Shown here piece after piece: positions 46,309-49,778 of a stretch of 49,778 nucleotides of DNA. How positions within the stretch are numbered: the first letter of the stretch is position 1; the number at the start of each line of letters is the position of its first letter. Source of the stretch: a virus (Duplodnaviria; Caudoviricetes); IMG/VR virus record IMGVR_UViG_3300037478_000342, positions 1 to 49,778 of that record, one strand, 5' to 3'. Made by a program: the position numbers and the translations under genes. Under the pieces are notes generated by a model. That model was not told the DNA's origin. It saw only the letters and a list, made by a program, of their open reading frames with translations, and ran no database searches.

Positions 46309-47757
46309 ATGCCCGCGTTTGAGGTCACCACCGCAGGATTCGAGACGCCCCGCCTTCCCGAGGCGCGCGCGCGCGTGGTCGAGATCTGGAAGGGCACCTT
46401 CGGCGAGAACGCCCAGACCGCGAGCGACTCGCCCGACGGGCAGATTATCGACACGTTCTCGCTGCTGCTCGCGCTGTGCTGGGAGGGCATCGGCGGCGTG
46501 TGGGGTCGGTCGTTCTTTCGCAGCGCCGACGGCACCGCGCTCGACCTGCTGCTCGACCTGTTCGGGAAGGTGCGCAAGGCCGCCGAGCCGACCACCGCCG
46601 AGCTCGTGTGGTACGGCACCAACGCGACCGTCGTGCCGCAAGGCTCGCTCGCCGAGGTCAACGACACCGAAGTCCAGCTGGGCACCGACGCGATCGCGAC
46701 CCTCGGCGACCTTGATACCGCATGGGTGGTCGAGATCGACACCGTCGTGAACCTGCAGCTCTACCGGATCACGATCTCCGCCGTTCAATACGACTTCACG
46801 ACCGACGCGGCCGCCACCCTCGCCGAGATCCTGGCCGGCCTGCAGACCGCGCTGCAGGCTGACTACCCCGACACCGTTGCGCTTGAGACGGCCGAGGGGG
46901 TCGGCCTGGTCGTGGTGCTCGACACCGCCGCGATCGGCACGCCCACGGTGAACGCGAACATGACGGTCCACGCGGCCGCACGCATCGGCGCGACCGCCAG
47001 CGAGGACGGCGAGAACGACGCGCTCGCCGGATCGATCGACGTCGTGGCCACGCCGATTTCGGGCGTCGCTGGCGTGGTCAACCCAGCGGATGCGATCCCG
47101 GGCAGGCTGCGCGAGACCGATGCCGAGTTTCGAGTGCGGCACCTGCTCTCGCTGTCGAGCTCGGGGCGCGCCACGCCCGAGGCGATCCGAGCTCACCTGC
47201 TGAACGACGTGCCCGACGTGACCTATGCCCGTGTGGTCGAGAACGACACGAACGTCGAGGACGCCGCCGGTCGGCCGCCGCACTCGTTCGAGGCGTTCGT
47301 GATCGGCGGCACCGATCAGGCGGTGGCGGATTCGATCTTCGCGAGCAAGGCGGCGGGGATCCAAACGTGGGGCAGCACCGACGTCGAGGTCGTCGACAGC
47401 GTCGGCGAGTCGCACACGGTCTCGTTCTCGCGGCCGGTCGAGCTCTACCTCCACCTGCGCGTCACGATCACGCCCGGCGAGGGCTACCCCGACACCGGCA
47501 CGCCGCTCGACACGATCGAGCAGGCGCTGGCGGACTTTCTCACCGGCGAAGGCGAGCCGGTGCTCGGGCAGGACGTCTACCGCGTGCAGCTCATGGGCGC
47601 GATCACGTCGGCCGTGCCCGGGATCGCGGCGGTCGTGATCGAGACCGACACCACGCCCGCCCCGCTCGACGCCCCTACCTTCGCCGCCGCCGACGTCGTC
47701 GTCGACGAGGGCGAGATCGCCATCGCTGACCTCACCCGGATCACCGCGCAGCTGTAG
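46309..47757 (+). CDS. Baseplate J-like wedge protein
   Basis: DSPDGQ, GRLRETDAEFRVR, ENDT, PPHSFE, KAAGI.T.G, FSRP. Confidence 0.9.
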   Translation: MPAFEVTTAGFETPRLPEARARVVEIWKGTFGENAQTASDSPDGQIIDTFSLLLALCWEGIGGVWGRSFFRSADGTALDLLLDLFGKVRKAAEPTTAELVWYGTNATVVPQGSLAEVNDTEVQLGTDAIATLGDLDTAWVVEIDTVVNLQLYRITISAVQYDFTTDAAATLAEILAGLQTALQADYPDTVALETAEGVGLVVVLDTAAIGTPTVNANMTVHAAARIGATASEDGENDALAGSIDVVATPISGVAGVVNPADAIPGRLRETDAEFRVRHLLSLSSSGRATPEAIRAHLLNDVPDVTYARVVENDTNVEDAAGRPPHSFEAFVIGGTDQAVADSIFASKAAGIQTWGSTDVEVVDSVGESHTVSFSRPVELYLHLRVTITPGEGYPDTGTPLDTIEQALADFLTGEGEPVLGQDVYRVQLMGAITSAVPGIAAVVIETDTTPAPLDAPTFAAADVVVDEGEIAIADLTRITAQL

Positions 47758-47759
47758 CC

Positions 47760-49778
47760 ATGGCGAACGTCGCAAACCTCGTCGACTTCGACACGCCGCT
47801 CGCGACATGGCTCGCGAGCTCGATCGGCGGCGGCACGTGGGCCGACGTGATCCAGCAGCTCAAGATCGACGGCCGCAGTCGCACCGCGCAGGAGCAGAAA
47901 AACTACCCCGCGCAGCTATGGGGCAACATCAAAGACGACTTTTTCCTGCGCGCCTACGAGGTGTTCGAGGGCAACCGGCGCGTGCCCGGTCTCGTCGCCG
48001 GCGTGCTCGAGGCGCGCCCGTACGTGGCGGGCGACGAGACGCCCATGCTCCGGTTCGCCGGCAACGGGGCGAATAGCGCAGAGATCGAGTTCTACGCCGG
48101 CACTCGCAACCCGAACGGGAACGTGACCGCTCGGCCCGGCGACGTGTACGTGCGCAAGAGCGGCGCGGCGTCGGAGCTGTGGATCAACGTGTCGCCCGGC
48201 GCGACCGGCTCGGTGTGGTCGGGTACCGCAGGCGCGAACCCGTGGGCGCAGGTGCTCGCGAACGGGGCCGAGAGCGGCGGCACCGACCCTGAGATCACCG
48301 AGCCCGACGCGCTCACGTGGATCGACGGCGAGGGCGACCCGCGCGTGCGCGCGTGGCTCGACGGCGACGACTGGCGGATCGACGTGCACGGCGAGGCCGG
48401 CGCGCTCGTCGGGACCTGGTCGTTCGACACGCTGACCGGCGACCTCGACGCGGGCGCGAACAATATCGCGAACGCGGGCACGTACAACGGCGTCACCGTC
48501 GAGGCGCACGGCTCGCGGCATGCGGCTGCAGGTGCGGACCCGGTCACGCTCGCGGCGGACTCGCGCGTGCTCGGCCGAGCCGCGGGCGCTGGCGCCGGCG
48601 CGGTGCAAGAGCTGACCGGCGATCAGCTGGGCGCGATCCTCGACGCCGCGGCGGAGTACGTCCGGCGCGACGGGACGCTCGCGCTGACCGCACCGTGGGA
48701 CGCGGGCGCGTTCACGATCACGGCGGACGGCCTTGTGATCGACGGCGCTGCGCCGCGCATCACGATCGGCGACTACACCGCGCCCGGCTTCCTCGATTTC
48801 GACAAGCCCGCCGCGTCCGAGATGGCGATCGCGTGGCACTCGAACGATGCGGGGCCCGCCACGCGGTGGGAGGATGCTCTCATTTCGGACGAGTCTCGCC
48901 GGTTTCGCGCGTACGACAGCGCGAGCGCCCTCCTGCACCAGACGATCATCGACAATGCGACGCACCTGTGGACGTATCCGGCGAGCGCGATCTACAGCAG
49001 CGCGTCGCCGAGTGTGCAGGTCGGCAACGGCGCCGGCTCGCCGCAGGTTCTGTCGGGCAAGAGCGATGCGGGTCAAGCGTCGTTCCCGTTCTACTCGAAC
49101 AGCCTGCTTCGTGGACAGTTCACGTTCGAGAGCGACGAGTCCTTTCGCTGGCGGCTCTACAGCGTCGCTGAGGTGTTGGAGTTCACGACGACCTACGCGA
49201 CCGGAACCGGACGATGGACCTTCCCATCGCAGATCGTGATCGCGGCCCCTGCGGCGCTGCTCTACGTCGGCAGCGACGGCGGCACGCCCGAGGTGTGGAT
49301 CGCCAAGGCGGAGGCGAGCGAAGGTCGGCTCAACTGGGCGAGCGTCGGCGTCGCGCGCTTCCAAGGAGCGCTCACCGCGACAGAAGATCACGAGTGGCGC
49401 ACGTTCAGTGCTGCCGCTGCACTCCTCTCGACCACGACGGTCGACAACGCTACAGGCTCCTGGCACTTCCCCGAGGATCTCTTTCAGAACAGCGCGACGG
49501 CCTATTTCGAGATGGGCTACTCGAACGCTCAGCCTGTCCGAGCGATGCTCAAGGCCGACGCGAGCACCGCCTACGACTCGTGGCTCAACGGCGTCGGATT
49601 TACGCCGGTGTGGAGCGCGTGGCTTTTTGCGAGCGACGAGGATCTCATGGCCGAGCGTACGGGCGTCAACGTTCCGCTCCGCTTCGACGCCGCAACTCAG
49701 CTTACGACGCTCGCAGACGCGACGGTAGCCAAGTCCAGCCCGAGCGTGGTCTCCACCGTCGGCGACGGTACCGGCACG
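47760..49778 (+). CDS. Tail fibre protein, 5' part (continues to 1498; absent from the ORF track because it runs off the end)
   Basis: ATG 2 nt after the baseplate J stop; MANVANLVDFDTPL… open to the window end. Confidence 0.82.
   Translation, partial: MANVANLVDFDTPLATWLASSIGGGTWADVIQQLKIDGRSRTAQEQKNYPAQLWGNIKDDFFLRAYEVFEGNRRVPGLVAGVLEARPYVAGDETPMLRFAGNGANSAEIEFYAGTRNPNGNVTARPGDVYVRKSGAASELWINVSPGATGSVWSGTAGANPWAQVLANGAESGGTDPEITEPDALTWIDGEGDPRVRAWLDGDDWRIDVHGEAGALVGTWSFDTLTGDLDAGANNIANAGTYNGVTVEAHGSRHAAAGADPVTLAADSRVLGRAAGAGAGAVQELTGDQLGAILDAAAEYVRRDGTLALTAPWDAGAFTITADGLVIDGAAPRITIGDYTAPGFLDFDKPAASEMAIAWHSNDAGPATRWEDALISDESRRFRAYDSASALLHQTIIDNATHLWTYPASAIYSSASPSVQVGNGAGSPQVLSGKSDAGQASFPFYSNSLLRGQFTFESDESFRWRLYSVAEVLEFTTTYATGTGRWTFPSQIVIAAPAALLYVGSDGGTPEVWIAKAEASEGRLNWASVGVARFQGALTATEDHEWRTFSAAAALLSTTTVDNATGSWHFPEDLFQNSATAYFEMGYSNAQPVRAMLKADASTAYDSWLNGVGFTPVWSAWLFASDEDLMAERTGVNVPLRFDAATQLTTLADATVAKSSPSVVSTVGDGTGT
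49652..49778. repeat. Terminal direct repeat (circular assembly overlap), right copy
   Basis: Identical to 1-127. Confidence 0.97.

Noticed and set aside
49652-49778. 127-bp terminal repeat as a biological DTR or att site
   Set aside because: It falls mid-gene and equals a common assembler k-mer length, so it is best explained as circular overlap
47760-49778. Diversity-generating retroelement or invertible fibre cassette
   Set aside because: No reverse transcriptase, invertase or near-identical TR/VR pair seen; the repeats are diverged at protein level only

Overview
This is an apparently complete, circular, very GC-rich tailed phage genome with a contractile (myovirus-type) tail. Bases 1-127 repeat exactly at 49652-49778, giving a 49,651-bp circle; the junction falls inside a ~1129-aa tail-fibre gene. 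Modules in order: tail fibre/baseplate end, terminase, portal and MuF (1-9.3 kb); a leftward replication/recombination operon (Xis-like HTH, putative initiator with a GIY-YIG domain, DnaB, PD-(D/E)XK exonuclease; 9.2-14.7 kb); a rightward early/accessory arm (ERF, SLT-like, DUF1643, two DNA methyltransferases, XRE, RusA, UvrD-like helicase, many small ORFs; 14.8-27 kb); a repeat-rich noncoding gap at 27.0-27.3 kb; and head, neck, tail, baseplate and lysis genes (27.3-49.7 kb). I saw no integrase, DNA polymerase, tRNA, CRISPR array or reverse transcriptase. Most notable: (1) head proteins carrying cargo domains, namely a portal fused to an Xis-like HTH and MuF fused to an apparently permuted PNK/AAA_33-like kinase; (2) a 66-aa Acb2/Tad1-like gene between exact 16-bp direct repeats; (3) genome-wide TANNNT-N6-start leaderless-type promoters; (4) iteron-like repeats shared by the putative origin and the 27-kb gap; (5) a nested scaffold gene with its own promoter; (6) a candidate antisense sRNA. 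All family names come from motif recognition by eye and were not confirmed by database searches.
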